Assembly: GCA_963703225.1 (NCBI GenBank)
Contig: OY969801.1
Coordinates: 2,688,001 to 2,752,000 of the forward strand
Source: Candidatus Eiseniibacteriota bacterium
GTDB lineage: Bacteria > Eisenbacteria > RBG-16-71-46 > SZUA-252
DNA length: 64,000 bases
Direction: 5' to 3'
Position 1 is the stretch's first letter; each line of letters opens with the position of its first letter. The translations under genes and the position numbers were made by a program. Shown here one piece after another: positions 38,988 through 49,988 of the stretch. Below the pieces are notes generated by a model. That model made no database searches. It worked only from the letters and a program-made list of their open reading frames with translations, and was not told the origin of the DNA.

Positions 38988-40653
38988 TCACCGCCATCCC
39001 GACACGACGAGCACAGGCACGTTCTCGTAGGGATTGATCCGCCCCTTCCCCGGCACCGGGACCGGGACCGGATCGCCCCGTAGGGCTTGGGCGTTCAGCA
39101 TGTGCGATGCCTGCTGCCCCCAGGTGACGAGATAGGGGCCGCAGTACCACCCGGACGGCGCGCCGGGGGCCGGCGGCAACGTCGGCGCCGGCTTGTCCAT
39201 CGCGGGCGCGGGCAGTCCTCCCACCAGCCAGACACGGTGTCCGGTGCGGAGCGCCTGCGACATGGCCTCCAGCGCAGGATCGATCGCGTCGGAGCGGGTC
39301 ATCGCATCCTTGACGAGGTCGTACCGGTGAATCCGGGACTCGCTCAACGGGGGAAGCGTCATCCAGCGCGCGATCCCCTTGTAATACCTCTGGAATGTGA
39401 CCCCGTAATACATCGGGTAGACCACGATCGCGTCGCCCTCCATCGCCGATCGACCCAGATAGGCCGCGACCGCGTCGAGGTTCGTCCGGCGCTCCGTCAG
39501 CCGAGGCCATCCGGAGAGCCCCGCCGAAGCCGCGATCCCCATCGCCAGGAGGATCCTCAGCCCTCTCCGCGCGCGGTCCGGCGCGGCCATCGAGAGAGCC
39601 GCGTCGAGAGGAAGAGCGATCGCCGCCATGAGCGGTACGTAATACCAGGGCTCGGTCGGAAGGCGGGTGGCCTTGAGGGCGACCAAGAACGCGCCTGTGG
39701 TCGCCACGAGCGCCGTCCCGACGAAGGTCGACCGAGCTGCCTCCGCCGCCGCCGGGCCGGGCTTGGGACGGGCACCGAGAGCCTGGATCGAGACCGAGCA
39801 ACAGATGAGGGCCAGGCCAATCCAGGGCCATGCCTTGAGTGTGGGCCCCGGTCTTCAGCGCCTCTGAGAAAACCGCGAGCAGCTGGCCCACGGTCGTAGG
39901 CGTCTGAATGACGACGTTCCAGCTCCTCGCGGCCGCGATACTCGGCCAGTACGGGAGGAGCGAGAGAGCGGCCGCGACGCCCACGCTTGCAATCGCGATG
40001 GCCGACTTACGTCGAGCAAACCGAAGCGCCGCCGCCATCCCGGCGAGGCAGATTCCAAAGAGAAGAAACGCGTTCTGATACAGGCACTGGACGCTCAGGA
40101 TGGCGAGAGCACCGGCCGCCAGGAGCCTCCTTGGCGTCGGCGACTCGACCACGCTCCAGACCAGCCCCAACGTGAGCACGATCAGCACCATTCCGATCCC
40201 ATACGGCCGGATGGAGCTGACCGACGTAATGACCCACGGACTAACCCCCACGAGCGCCAGGGATGCGAGGGGCGAGCGGATTCGGAGGCGACGGCCCGTG
40301 AACCAGAGCGCCGCGAGAAACGCCATGCCGACCGCGAGTCCGAACACCCGGAGACCAAGATCGGTGCGGCCCAGCCCCGAAGCGACCCACCCGCGGAGGA
40401 TGAGCGTCGAGAGAAGCGGAAACCCATCGTACGGAAGCATGGTCAGAGTCCTGGATAAGGACGGCATGCTCGCGAACTCGGCGCTGTTGACCTCGTCACG
40501 CCAGAGGGGCCCCGCGTGGGTCAGGAACGAAATCTGGAGGAAGAGGGCCACGGCGGTCAGGAGGATCGCGACGCTCCACTCCGCGGGCCCGACCCAGTCC
40601 CGACCCGGGCGCTCTCTTGCCACGCGTGTTGTCTTTGGGTTTCGCTTGGTCAC
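38988..40653 (-). CDS. GT-C-like membrane protein, frameshift near 39850
   Basis: LWRDEVNS, IRPYG in the first frame; EPWYYVP, RTNLD in the second; GTG overlaps the methyltransferase stop. Confidence 0.7.
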
Positions 40654-41309
40654 GACTTGTTCCGTGCCACCACCGCGATCGCCGGCGTGAATTGGCGCAG
40701 CCGCCGCGTCGGCAAATGCGCGTACAGCCCTCCTGGAAGGAGGTACCGATAGATCCCCCACCAATCGACCACCGTGAAATGCCGGCCCGCCCACTCGAGC
40801 CAGAAGCCGCGCGACGTCCTGTGTACGTGCGTCTCGTCTTGATCCAATAGGCGCACGATCGGCCCGGTCGGCCCGTCGTAGACAGGCACCACGAAAATCA
40901 GATGCCCCCCGGGCGCGAGCTTGGATCGAACTAAGGAGGCGACGCGATCGAGCGACGGCACATGCTCGATCACGTCGAACGACGTGATGACGTCAAAGGG
41001 TCCCGGGAACGGAACATCGCCGAAGTCGGCGCGGGCGAAGGTGGCGCCGGGAACCGATTGCTTCGCCCGGTCGATGGCAAACTGGCTGACGTCCGCGCCG
41101 TAGCGCTCCCACCGAGGATCGAGTGCCGAGAGGAAGGCTCCAAAGGCGCACCCGATGTCGAGGACGCGGGGTGGGCGATCCATGGGGGCCACGCGCTCGG
41201 TCAGATCGCGATAGAAGCGCAGCTTCCATGGGGGATTCTGCCGCTCGTAGTTCCGGTAGTTCGATTCGAAGTATTCCCGTTCGAATCCGGGCGACCCCGC
41301 CGTCGTCAC
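40650..41309 (-). CDS. Class I SAM-dependent methyltransferase
   Basis: VLDIGCAFG, GADVS, FDVITSFDVIEHV, LAPGG; GTGA coupling to GT2. Confidence 0.9.
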   Translation of the reverse strand: MTTAGSPGFEREYFESNYRNYERQNPPWKLRFYRDLTERVAPMDRPPRVLDIGCAFGAFLSALDPRWERYGADVSQFAIDRAKQSVPGATFARADFGDVPFPGPFDVITSFDVIEHVPSLDRVASLVRSKLAPGGHLIFVVPVYDGPTGPIVRLLDQDETHVHRTSRGFWLEWAGRHFTVVDWWGIYRYLLPGGLYAHLPTRRLRQFTPAIAVVARNKS

Positions 41310-42091
41310 GCTTCGAACCGACGCTTCCACATCAGACCGAGCGTGTCTCGCACGGTCCGGAAGACGTTCATCTTGCTGCCGCCCTCTTTCCAATCGTATC
41401 GGAGTATGAACGGCACCTCGCCAAAGATGAGATGCATGCGCCGCAGCTTGAGGAGAATATCGACCATGCACTGAAACCCATCTTGGTCCAGGAAGTCGTC
41501 GCCGTATCGCTTCAACGCGTCTCGAACCACCAGCGCGCGATAGGCGCGATAGCCACACGTAAAGTCCTTGACCCCGCGGGTCGGGAAGACGACGCGGAAC
41601 ATCCAGGACGCGCCGTAGCTCAAGGCCTGCCGGTACGCGGGGACTCCAACGCAGCGGGATCCTGCCCGGTACCGGGAGGCGATGACGACGTCGTGGCCCT
41701 CCGAGATCATCCGGACCATTCGCAGGATGAGGCCCGGAGCGTGCGTGTCGTCCGCGTCCATCGTGACGATGATGTCGCGATCGCCGGCCACATCCACCGC
41801 CGCCACCAGTCCGTCCCGGATGGTCGCGCCGAGACCGAGATTGACCTCATGCTCCATGATGCGAATCGGCATCGCGGCGGCGCAGCGGCGCACGATCTCC
41901 CTCGTGGCGTCCCGGCTCCCGTCATCGACGAGCACCACTTCGTAGGGAATGCCGGCCTCGTCCAGCGCGTCGTCGATGTGGTTCAGCAGGCGCTCGATCC
42001 GGGCTTCCTCGTTGTAGACGGGGAGGACGACGTAGACCCGCGACCGTTCGCGCGGCCGCTTTCGACCGTCGATGGGACTTGAATCGGGCAC
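41306..42091 (-). CDS. GT2 glycosyltransferase (polyprenol-phosphate sugar synthase/DPM1-like)
   Basis: LPVYNEE, VDDGSRD, TMDADDTH, VIASRY, DFTCGYRAY. Confidence 0.92.
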   Translation of the reverse strand: MPDSSPIDGRKRPRERSRVYVVLPVYNEEARIERLLNHIDDALDEAGIPYEVVLVDDGSRDATREIVRRCAAAMPIRIMEHEVNLGLGATIRDGLVAAVDVAGDRDIIVTMDADDTHAPGLILRMVRMISEGHDVVIASRYRAGSRCVGVPAYRQALSYGASWMFRVVFPTRGVKDFTCGYRAYRALVVRDALKRYGDDFLDQDGFQCMVDILLKLRRMHLIFGEVPFILRYDWKEGGSKMNVFRTVRDTLGLMWKRRFEA

Positions 42092-42173
42092 GATGAGCGC
42101 TCCGGGGACGCTGCCAGGAGAGCCGCGGCTCTCGAATGCCGATGAGTTCCCCCAATTATACCAACGTCAGCGA

Positions 42174-43364
42174 TCACGGCGCGGTCGTGGAACCCAGGAA
42201 CGCGGCGACGGCGGATTCGTATCGGGCCCGATCCAAGCTCCAGCTCTCGAGGTGGCGGGCACCCCGGAATCGCTCGAGCGTGACGAGCCGGGGCCGCGCC
42301 TCCGTCAGCGCGACGCTTCCCTCGAAGGGAACCACGTCGTCCTCGTCGCCATGGAAGACGAGGAGCGGCGCATGGAGTCGGTCGGCTCTTGTGACGAGCG
42401 CCGCATAGTCGCTCCACTTCATGCCGAAGCGGATCGACGCGAGGGTCTTGCCAAGCGCGCCGGAACCGGGGGGGAGCGGCGTGCCGACCCGCGGCAGGCG
42501 GGCCAGCCGAATGCCGAGGTCGACCGTGCGACCGAAGTCGACTACCGGAGAGTCGAGAACCGCGCCGCGGACGAGCGCCGCGAGCCGCGATTGCTCGAGG
42601 AAGCTGAGCACGATTCCGCCGCCCATGCTGTATCCCACCAGGACGAATCGGGTCGCGCCGCGCGCGATCGCGTATCGGCAGGCCGACTCGAGGTCCTCCC
42701 ACTCCGTAAGGCCGTAGTGATACTCCCCGTCCAGGCTCTGGGGGCCGCCCGGATCGTTGCGGTAGGTGATGACGAGGCACGGAAGACCCCGGCCCGCGTA
42801 GAGGCGCAGCGTGGAGAGCGCCTGAGTGCGGTTCGCTCCCTTTCCGTGGACGAAGATGGCCCACGTGTCGGAAGTCCCAGGAACGAGCCAAGCGGGCATC
42901 GCCCCGAGCGATGCGTGGATCGAAACGGTTTGGTACTCGAGACCGCAAGCCCGCATCGGATCGCTGCGCGCCGGCTCCACGGGGAGATCGACAGGGGTCC
43001 CGGGGCCCAGCTTCCCCTCTCCAATGACGAGGCTCCTCGTAAAGCCCGAGGCGGATATCGCGCGCAACGCCCCTACGGTGCCCCATCCCGCGCGCCACCG
43101 CAAACCCCACAACGGCCCCCGGCGGACCCGGATTGAATCGTCGGCGACCGGGCGCAGGGTCACCGCGCTGTCCCCCACGGCTTGGACAACGGCGTCGTCG
43201 CACGCCGGTGGCCCATGATCGTATGCCGCGCGCAGAGCCTCATTTCCAATCCGATTGGAGACGTGCCAGGCGATGGCGCCGTAGAGGACGGCCGTCAGAG
43301 CGAGCGCTGAGCCGAGAGCCGGCGTAACGAGCGATTGTCGTTTTGCGGGCGCTCGCGGGGTCAA
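42174..43364 (-). CDS. Membrane-anchored alpha/beta hydrolase
   Basis: FVHG, GYSMGG, FHGDEDDVVP, ARH. Confidence 0.88.
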   Translation of the reverse strand: MTPRAPAKRQSLVTPALGSALALTAVLYGAIAWHVSNRIGNEALRAAYDHGPPACDDAVVQAVGDSAVTLRPVADDSIRVRRGPLWGLRWRAGWGTVGALRAISASGFTRSLVIGEGKLGPGTPVDLPVEPARSDPMRACGLEYQTVSIHASLGAMPAWLVPGTSDTWAIFVHGKGANRTQALSTLRLYAGRGLPCLVITYRNDPGGPQSLDGEYHYGLTEWEDLESACRYAIARGATRFVLVGYSMGGGIVLSFLEQSRLAALVRGAVLDSPVVDFGRTVDLGIRLARLPRVGTPLPPGSGALGKTLASIRFGMKWSDYAALVTRADRLHAPLLVFHGDEDDVVPFEGSVALTEARPRLVTLERFRGARHLESWSLDRARYESAVAAFLGSTTAP

Positions 43365-45346
43365 GCCGCGTCCCTCCGGGGCTTGACATCAGCCTGTTCG
43401 GCGGCGCGAAGCACCGCCGTCCCCTCCGGATCTCCCGGGACGAGGTAACAGAGCCTCCGCGCGTACCAGGCCGCCTGAGCCTGCGCCCCTTCGATCTGAA
43501 AGTGTCGCATGATCCATCGAATCGCGTCCGGATCGGACGCCGAGAGCCCGAAGGCCTCGAACGCCGCCAGGTCGAGCCGCTCGCTCGAGCTGGCCTCTGT
43601 CAGGAACGGCTTCAGCGACCAGAGGGCGTCCTCTTTCGTGAGTACCGGGAGATCGGCCAATAGCCTGGTGGCCCGCTCGCGTTGACCCGCGGCCAGAAGG
43701 ATCATCGCGGACACGCGCTGAACGAAGGATCGATTGGGTCCGGATTCCGCCTGGGCGAGACTCTGCACGATACGGACGGCCCGTTCGGTATCACCGCTGG
43801 CCGCCACGGCGCGGGCGTAGTTCACGATGGGTCTGCCGACTTCGGGTAGATCGGGCCGATAGGAAGTGGACGCGCGGATGCGCCGGGTGTCGGGTTCGAT
43901 CCAGATCACGTCGAGGTCGGTCGTGACTCGAACGAGGCACTCCGACGAGGCGTTCGGCAATCGCTTCAGCGTCGTGACGGTCTGGAGCGTCGGATCACGG
44001 TACCAGACTCGAAGGGCCTGCCCTTCGACCAATGTGCTGTAGATCCCTCGAACGCCGGTCGAGGAGACCGATACGATGACCTGGCTACCCTTTGGAATGC
44101 TCGGCAGTACAGATTTGAAATTGGATCGCACCGTGCGCACGGAGTTTGCTGCGTCGACGAGCACCCGCTCGGTCCAGACCGGCTCCTCTACCGCTCGAAT
44201 TCCGCGATATCGGACCCCGAGAAGCAGGAAGATCGTGAGCGCCGCGATCGCCACGACCGTCCGCTGACGAGCGAGGACGGGACCAAGCACGATTGCGAAG
44301 GCCGCCGCCGGAAAGAAGGCGAAGTAGGGGGCCCAGTGCCGAATGAGCACGGTGGGCATGAAGAGCGTCGGAATTCCAAAGAGGGCCGCGATCAGCGCGA
44401 GACGCGAGAACGCTAACGGCTTCGCGTGGCCTTCGGCTGGCCGCCGGCGCTCCAAGAGCAGGAGACCCCCCACCAAGAGCGCCAGCGCCGCGATTCCATA
44501 TCCGACTCGGTCATCCCACCACGACACCCGCAGCCCCTGCGGGGGAAGGTTGACGAGCGTCGTGAGATATCGACCCAGGTAGAGCCCCCAGCGCTCCGGG
44601 TGCTCGATCCCCACGTACCCGGTCGCGCCGCTCAGGAATCCGCGACCTGCGAGATGCCGGATGCCGGGGTGGATCAGCGCCCATGCGGCAGCGACGCCTG
44701 CGTACGCGCCGATTTGAAACCATGGACGCCTCGCGGGGCGGCCGACAAGCCAATCCCAGAAGACGAGAACCGGAAACGCAGCGATGGCGGGCTCCTTGCA
44801 GAGCACCGCGGCGGCCGCGCAGGCGAGCGCGGCGACATCCTTCTTCTCTTGGCGGAGCAGAAACGCCGCCAGCACGAGAGTGACGGCGAGCAGGTCCTGG
44901 TCGCAGCTGACCCACGCCACGAGGCTCGGCACGAGGCCGTAGCTCGCCAAGATCAACCCCGCGTACTGCCCCGCTCGCGCGCCGGAGAGTCGCGTGATCA
45001 ACAGCACGAGGATCGTGACCGCGCAGGCCAGGGTGCCGAGGTTCAGCACGTGACCCACGATCCCGGATGCGGGATCCACGATGCGGAGGAAGAGGAAGTA
45101 GAGCCCCTGCGAGATCGGCCGGTAGAACGCCGTGTGGGGATCCGGGAGGAGATAGGACCGGTAGTCGCCCTGTGCCCGAAACGTCAGGAAGTAGTAGTCG
45201 TCCCAGAAGTAGCCGAGAGAAAGAGACGGGATGGAGAGGACTGCCGCGACCACGGCCGGAAAGAATGGTCGCCAGCGGTCCAAAGCCTGGGGGTGGGTCG
45301 GGAGACGCTTGGTCGGCCTCGGCCGGAGGCCGTGCTTCCCACGCAT
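43361..45346 (-). CDS. GT-C-like membrane protein
   Basis: FWDDYYFL, FYRP, VAWVS, LCKE; many TM helices; TATAGT 6 nt before the ATG. Confidence 0.75.
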   Translation of the reverse strand: MRGKHGLRPRPTKRLPTHPQALDRWRPFFPAVVAAVLSIPSLSLGYFWDDYYFLTFRAQGDYRSYLLPDPHTAFYRPISQGLYFLFLRIVDPASGIVGHVLNLGTLACAVTILVLLITRLSGARAGQYAGLILASYGLVPSLVAWVSCDQDLLAVTLVLAAFLLRQEKKDVAALACAAAAVLCKEPAIAAFPVLVFWDWLVGRPARRPWFQIGAYAGVAAAWALIHPGIRHLAGRGFLSGATGYVGIEHPERWGLYLGRYLTTLVNLPPQGLRVSWWDDRVGYGIAALALLVGGLLLLERRRPAEGHAKPLAFSRLALIAALFGIPTLFMPTVLIRHWAPYFAFFPAAAFAIVLGPVLARQRTVVAIAALTIFLLLGVRYRGIRAVEEPVWTERVLVDAANSVRTVRSNFKSVLPSIPKGSQVIVSVSSTGVRGIYSTLVEGQALRVWYRDPTLQTVTTLKRLPNASSECLVRVTTDLDVIWIEPDTRRIRASTSYRPDLPEVGRPIVNYARAVAASGDTERAVRIVQSLAQAESGPNRSFVQRVSAMILLAAGQRERATRLLADLPVLTKEDALWSLKPFLTEASSSERLDLAAFEAFGLSASDPDAIRWIMRHFQIEGAQAQAAWYARRLCYLVPGDPEGTAVLRAAEQADVKPRRDAA

Positions 45347-45540
45347 GGGGCCACTATACGGTATTGGGCGTGTACTTCCCCGAGAGGCGAAACAGGGGGC
45401 CCGGCCCGCTGGATCTTTTACTTTGGCTGGGCATTCATGCAATTCAAAACGAGTTGTGGATTGTGGCCCAATCCAGCCACGGCCATTCGCTGGAAGTCGC
45501 TATGCAGGGCCTTCTTCCAGTTGCTTGGGCCGGCCAAATG

Positions 45541-45556
45541 TGGCATACTAGGTGCG
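45541..45556 (+). promoter_or_regulatory. Candidate sigma54 promoter
   Basis: TGGCATACTAGGTGCG (GG-N10-GC), about 110 bp upstream of the S8 peptidase. Confidence 0.45.
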
Positions 45557-45664
45557 TTGGTTTAGCAGCGGCAACTGCCCGAGATTCTGCGCGGGGCGCC
45601 CCGGTGCCAAGAGGCGCCGTCTACGGGACGCACCACAGGACGTGGGCTCCCCACTGAGGAAAAC

Positions 45665-48652
45665 TTGAAGCAATGCGCTTGGCCAGCCATCGGGGCCACG
45701 GCCCTAGGCCGAACACCATCCATCTCGCTGATCATGCTGGCGGCGTGGGTTTCCCTGTGCTCGGCTGCCCCGGCCCCCGCTCCGTGGGAAGCCGGGGTCT
45801 TGTCCGCCTACCGGGGACGGGAGCCTCGCCAAGAGCCGGTACTGACGCCCGGTGCGATTGCCGCCTTCCAGCAAGGCGAGCGAGCCACCCTGTGGGTCTA
45901 CTTCTCGGATAAGGGCGAGGCCGACGCCGCGAGCTTCGCTCGAAGCGTGGCCCAGGCTGGGGCGCGTGTCTCACCGGAGTCGCAGGCGCGCCGCGCGCGA
46001 GTGGCCCGCGGCCGGTTCATTCCCGATTATTCCGATGTGCCAACGCTCCCTCGCTATGTGCGGGGGGTGGAAATGGCCGGCGCTCAGATCAGACACGTGT
46101 CACGGTGGCTCAACGCCGTGAGCGTGGAAGTGGATGAAGGCGACGCGCGCCGAATCGCCGCGCTGCCGTACGTTGAGCGGATTTCGCCGGTGATGCGGAC
46201 CGAGTCGGCGTCCGGGCCACCAGGCGATTACGGGAATTCACTGACTCAGAATCTGGGGATCAATGCCGTCGCCGCCCATGATTCCGGCTACAGCGCGGCA
46301 GGGGTTGTGATCGCGGTGTTCGATACAGGATTTCGAAAGGACCATCTCGCGCTGGCTCCGCTGAAGCGCATCGCCGAATGGGACTTCGTCCAATCCGACG
46401 GAGAGACGGCCAACCAAGCCGGCGACGATCCGGACCAATGGGTCCATGGGACCGGGGTCTGGTCCATCGTCGGCGGCTATCTGCCTGGAAAACTCATCGG
46501 ACCGTCCTACAACGCATCGTTCGTCTTGGCGAAGACCAGGAGCATCATCCCCAACGGGGCGTCGGACGAAGACCATTGGGTCGCGGCCGCGCAATGGGCG
46601 GACAGCATCGGAATCGACATCCTCTCCACCTCGCATGTGGCCTACTACGACCTCCCGGACAAGGACGGAAAGAGAACCCCCATGGCGATCGCGACGAACA
46701 CCTTGACGCGCCACGGTGTATTGGTCGTGTCTGCGATGGGAAATTCCGGTCCTGACCCGGGCTCGCTTTGGACGCCCTCCGACTGCGACAGCATCCTGGC
46801 GGTCGGGATGGTTGATGAGTCCAATCAGATTTCGCCCTTTTCCTCTCGCGGCCCGACGCTGGATGGTCGAGGCAAGCCCGACCTCGTAGCCCAGGGCGTC
46901 GACACCTACTGGGCCAATCCCATCTGTGCCGACTGCGTGACCGGCTACCTTGGGACCTCACTCGCAACGCCGCTTGTAGCCGGTGCCGCGGGGCTCGTCC
47001 AAGAGGCGCATCCAGAGTGGACCTCCCAGCAAGTCCGCTACGCGCTCAAGTCAACCGCGGACAAAGCAAGCGCACCGGACAGCACCACCTACGGCTGGGG
47101 GAGACCCAATGTCGTCAAGGCCATCTACAACTCGACGCTGGGCAAACCCATTTTCCCGAAACCCTTCACCCTGCTTCTACCGCCACCGGGGAGCGTGGTC
47201 GCCGGGTCACCCGTGACGTTCCGGTGGCGGCGCGCCATCGATCTCAGCCCCGGAGACGTCGTGAGCTACGCGATCCAGCTCAAGAAGGTCTCCCCGAGCG
47301 TGGTTGTCTTCTCCACCTCGACGCCGGACACGTTCGTCACCTACGCCGGCGCCCTCGCTTCGGGCACGCTGTACGAATGGTCCGTCGTCGCCACCGACCT
47401 TGCGAGTCACGCGCGACCCTGCGCCGAGCCCTTCCGGTTCACCACCGCGGGCGGCCTCGACCATGCGCCGACGGTGAGCGCCCCGGCCACCGCCGGCGGC
47501 CCCGAGAACGCGCTCCTCTCGTTCACGGTGACCGCCACGGACCAGGACGGAAATGCGATTTCCACTCTGACCGCCGCTCCGCTGCCGGCGGGGGCGACGT
47601 TTTCGTCGAACGGAGCCCACACTTCCGCAGTCTTCACTTGGACTCCCAGCTTCACCCAGGCGGGAACGTACGATGTGACCTTCACCGCCTCCAATGCCCT
47701 CTCGGGCCTGGCGACGACGACGATCACGGTAACCAATGTGGACCTCGGCCCAGAGGTAACGGCGCCCGCGACGGTGGCGGGAAATGCCGGCGCCGCTCTG
47801 TCGTTCACCGTCACCGCTTCCGATCCCGACGGCGACGCGATCGCATCGCTGACGGCGGACACCTCTTCGCTGCCGTCGGGGCATGACGCCCAATTGGCTT
47901 CCAACCCGGCCAACACCTCCGGTACGTTCACCTGGAATCCCACGCCGTCGGACAGCGGCACGTACGTGGTGGCGTTTACCGCGGCGAACGCCCTCTCGGG
48001 CTTCGCATCAACGTCGATTCAGCTGGCCGGGCCCAGTCCGGCTCCTTCGATCGGAGCCCCCGTGGACACCACCGGCCTCGAAGGTTCCGCCATCATCCTG
48101 ACGGCAACGTCCACGGACCCCGACGCGTCGGAGCTATTGACGATTTCGGTGACGGGCGCGCCAGCCAGCCTCACGCTTTCACATACGCCGTCCTTCTCAT
48201 TCGCGACGGCGACCCTCAGTGGCACTCTCACCCCTGCGGACGCGGCGGCCACTCCCCACAGCATCATCTGGAGCGTGAACGACGGCAGCGGAGGCGCCGC
48301 GAACGCGACGACGACCTTGCACGTGGCCTATGCCACCGCGGTGCAGATTCCCGACGAATCCACGGGACCGCCCCGGGTGGTTCACTTCGGCAATCAGCCC
48401 AACCCATTCCAGGCTGCCACGCAGATCGAATTCCGCATTCAGGGCCGGCCCGCCGGGCCCCTTGCCCTGCGGATCTACGACATCCGCGGTCGTCTCGTGC
48501 GAACCTTGCTGGAGCGGCCCACCGGGGCAACCGCATCGGTCCCGTGGGACGGAACGACCGATTCCGGCGTCCGTGTTTCGTCTGGCGTCTACTATTACCG
48601 CCTCGAGATGGGAAATATCCGGATGGTCCGCCGCTTGGTCTTGTTGAAATAG
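45665..48652 (+). CDS. Secreted S8 subtilase with Ig/cadherin-like repeats and FlgD/T9SS-like tail
   Basis: FDTG, HGT, GTSLATP triad; three AP.V.AP..TATD.DG..FTW.P repeats; PNPF..IYDIRGRLVRTL..WDG..SGVYYY. Confidence 0.93.
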   Translation: MKQCAWPAIGATALGRTPSISLIMLAAWVSLCSAAPAPAPWEAGVLSAYRGREPRQEPVLTPGAIAAFQQGERATLWVYFSDKGEADAASFARSVAQAGARVSPESQARRARVARGRFIPDYSDVPTLPRYVRGVEMAGAQIRHVSRWLNAVSVEVDEGDARRIAALPYVERISPVMRTESASGPPGDYGNSLTQNLGINAVAAHDSGYSAAGVVIAVFDTGFRKDHLALAPLKRIAEWDFVQSDGETANQAGDDPDQWVHGTGVWSIVGGYLPGKLIGPSYNASFVLAKTRSIIPNGASDEDHWVAAAQWADSIGIDILSTSHVAYYDLPDKDGKRTPMAIATNTLTRHGVLVVSAMGNSGPDPGSLWTPSDCDSILAVGMVDESNQISPFSSRGPTLDGRGKPDLVAQGVDTYWANPICADCVTGYLGTSLATPLVAGAAGLVQEAHPEWTSQQVRYALKSTADKASAPDSTTYGWGRPNVVKAIYNSTLGKPIFPKPFTLLLPPPGSVVAGSPVTFRWRRAIDLSPGDVVSYAIQLKKVSPSVVVFSTSTPDTFVTYAGALASGTLYEWSVVATDLASHARPCAEPFRFTTAGGLDHAPTVSAPATAGGPENALLSFTVTATDQDGNAISTLTAAPLPAGATFSSNGAHTSAVFTWTPSFTQAGTYDVTFTASNALSGLATTTITVTNVDLGPEVTAPATVAGNAGAALSFTVTASDPDGDAIASLTADTSSLPSGHDAQLASNPANTSGTFTWNPTPSDSGTYVVAFTAANALSGFASTSIQLAGPSPAPSIGAPVDTTGLEGSAIILTATSTDPDASELLTISVTGAPASLTLSHTPSFSFATATLSGTLTPADAAATPHSIIWSVNDGSGGAANATTTLHVAYATAVQIPDESTGPPRVVHFGNQPNPFQAATQIEFRIQGRPAGPLALRIYDIRGRLVRTLLERPTGATASVPWDGTTDSGVRVSSGVYYYRLEMGNIRMVRRLVLLK

Positions 48653-48654
48653 CC

Positions 48655-49566
48655 TCAGGGCCGGCGCCGCGCACCTTTCGTGGCCGCCGCCGTTGACCGC
48701 CCTTCAGCAATTGCTCGCGCGCGAGCGAAGAGTCTTGGACGACCCCACCCCTCCGCGAGCGCTTCGAATCCTGGTTTCGGTCCGCGATACTCCAGCTCAT
48801 CCACCGTCACGACGGGTTGATCGGTCCGGAGCGTCGCGAGCGTCCGGAACAAGATCGCCTCGTCCTGCCGCTCCCGGAGGGTTTGGGCGAGCTTGTCCGC
48901 ACCCCGCATCGTCACCTTCCAATCGGCGGATGATTCGGGGATTTTCTCAAGGTGGCGATACTTCGCCAGGACCGCTGACGCCGACTTGGGGCCCCACCCC
49001 GGCAGGCCGGGAAACCCATCGGCACTGTCCCCGACGAGGGCGAGGTAGTCGGGGATCGAGGCAGGCGCCACGCCGAATTTCTCGATGACGCCGCTCTCGT
49101 TACGGACCTCGCCGGTGCGCCGATCGAGCTGCACGACGCGAGCGCCGCGGACGCACTGCGCGAGGTCTTTGTCGGGCGTGCAGATGAACACCTGCTTCAC
49201 GCGCCTGTCGGCGGCGGCCGCGGCAGCCCCAGCGGCCAGCGCGTCGTCCGCCTCAACCTCTACCATCGGCCAGACAACGACCCCGAGCGCCCCGAGCGCG
49301 GCTTCCAAGGGCTCGAATTGGGCCCAGAGCACGGGATCGATCCCCTCGCCGGTCTTGTACCCCGCGTAGAGGTCATTCCGAAACGATTCGATGACGTGAT
49401 CGGTCGCGACACCGACGTGGGTCGCACCTCCCTCGAGCATGCCGAGGATCGACTGCACCACGCCGAGCACGGCGCCCCGCTCATCCTTTTTCGCGTCGCC
49501 GCGAGGCGGGCCCCCATAGAAATGCCGGAAGAGCTCGTACGTCCCGTCGACGAGGTGGACGTGCAT
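48655..49566 (-). CDS. 5'-3' exonuclease / flap endonuclease (ExoIX-like)
   Basis: LVDGTYELFR, FRNDLYAGYK, EADD, PDKD, LVGDSADGFPGLPGWGPKSA; no polymerase domain. Confidence 0.92.
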   Translation of the reverse strand: MHVHLVDGTYELFRHFYGGPPRGDAKKDERGAVLGVVQSILGMLEGGATHVGVATDHVIESFRNDLYAGYKTGEGIDPVLWAQFEPLEAALGALGVVVWPMVEVEADDALAAGAAAAAADRRVKQVFICTPDKDLAQCVRGARVVQLDRRTGEVRNESGVIEKFGVAPASIPDYLALVGDSADGFPGLPGWGPKSASAVLAKYRHLEKIPESSADWKVTMRGADKLAQTLRERQDEAILFRTLATLRTDQPVVTVDELEYRGPKPGFEALAEGWGRPRLFARARAIAEGRSTAAATKGARRRP

Positions 49567-49603
49567 GGCTAGGCGCAGGTTGCGGTGTCGTTTGAGCGGG
49601 GGG

Positions 49604-49981
49604 CTACCTTGAAGTGCGACTCTTCGCCGCTCCCGAGCGCGCGAGGTGCTTGTCCAGCGTGAGAATGACTTCCTGGGGAGAGCGGCCTGATTCCTGGATC
49701 GCGCGGAGCAGCGCACGCACTCCCGGAGTCGATGCCACCCAATCGCGGGTCGTCGGATCCACGCCCGTGACGAGCAGCTCGAGCGATTCGAAGGTCGCGC
49801 CGACGGGACGCAACTCCTCCGCAATCCTCCGGAGGAGCTCCTCGGAAGGGCGCCGCCTGTTGTGCTCGATGTCGGAGAGATGAGCGGCCGAGACGCCGAG
49901 AATTCCGGCGAACCCGCGGAGTGTGATGTCCGCTTGCAAGCGGAGGCGCCGAATTCTCTCTCCCAGTTGTACGGCCTTCAT
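49604..49981 (-). CDS. XRE-family HTH regulator
   Basis: LGERIRRLR..ITLRGFA..VSAAHLSDIEHNRRRPS. Confidence 0.88.
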   Translation of the reverse strand: MKAVQLGERIRRLRLQADITLRGFAGILGVSAAHLSDIEHNRRRPSEELLRRIAEELRPVGATFESLELLVTGVDPTTRDWVASTPGVRALLRAIQESGRSPQEVILTLDKHLARSGAAKSRTSR

Positions 49982-49988
49982 GTAACGG

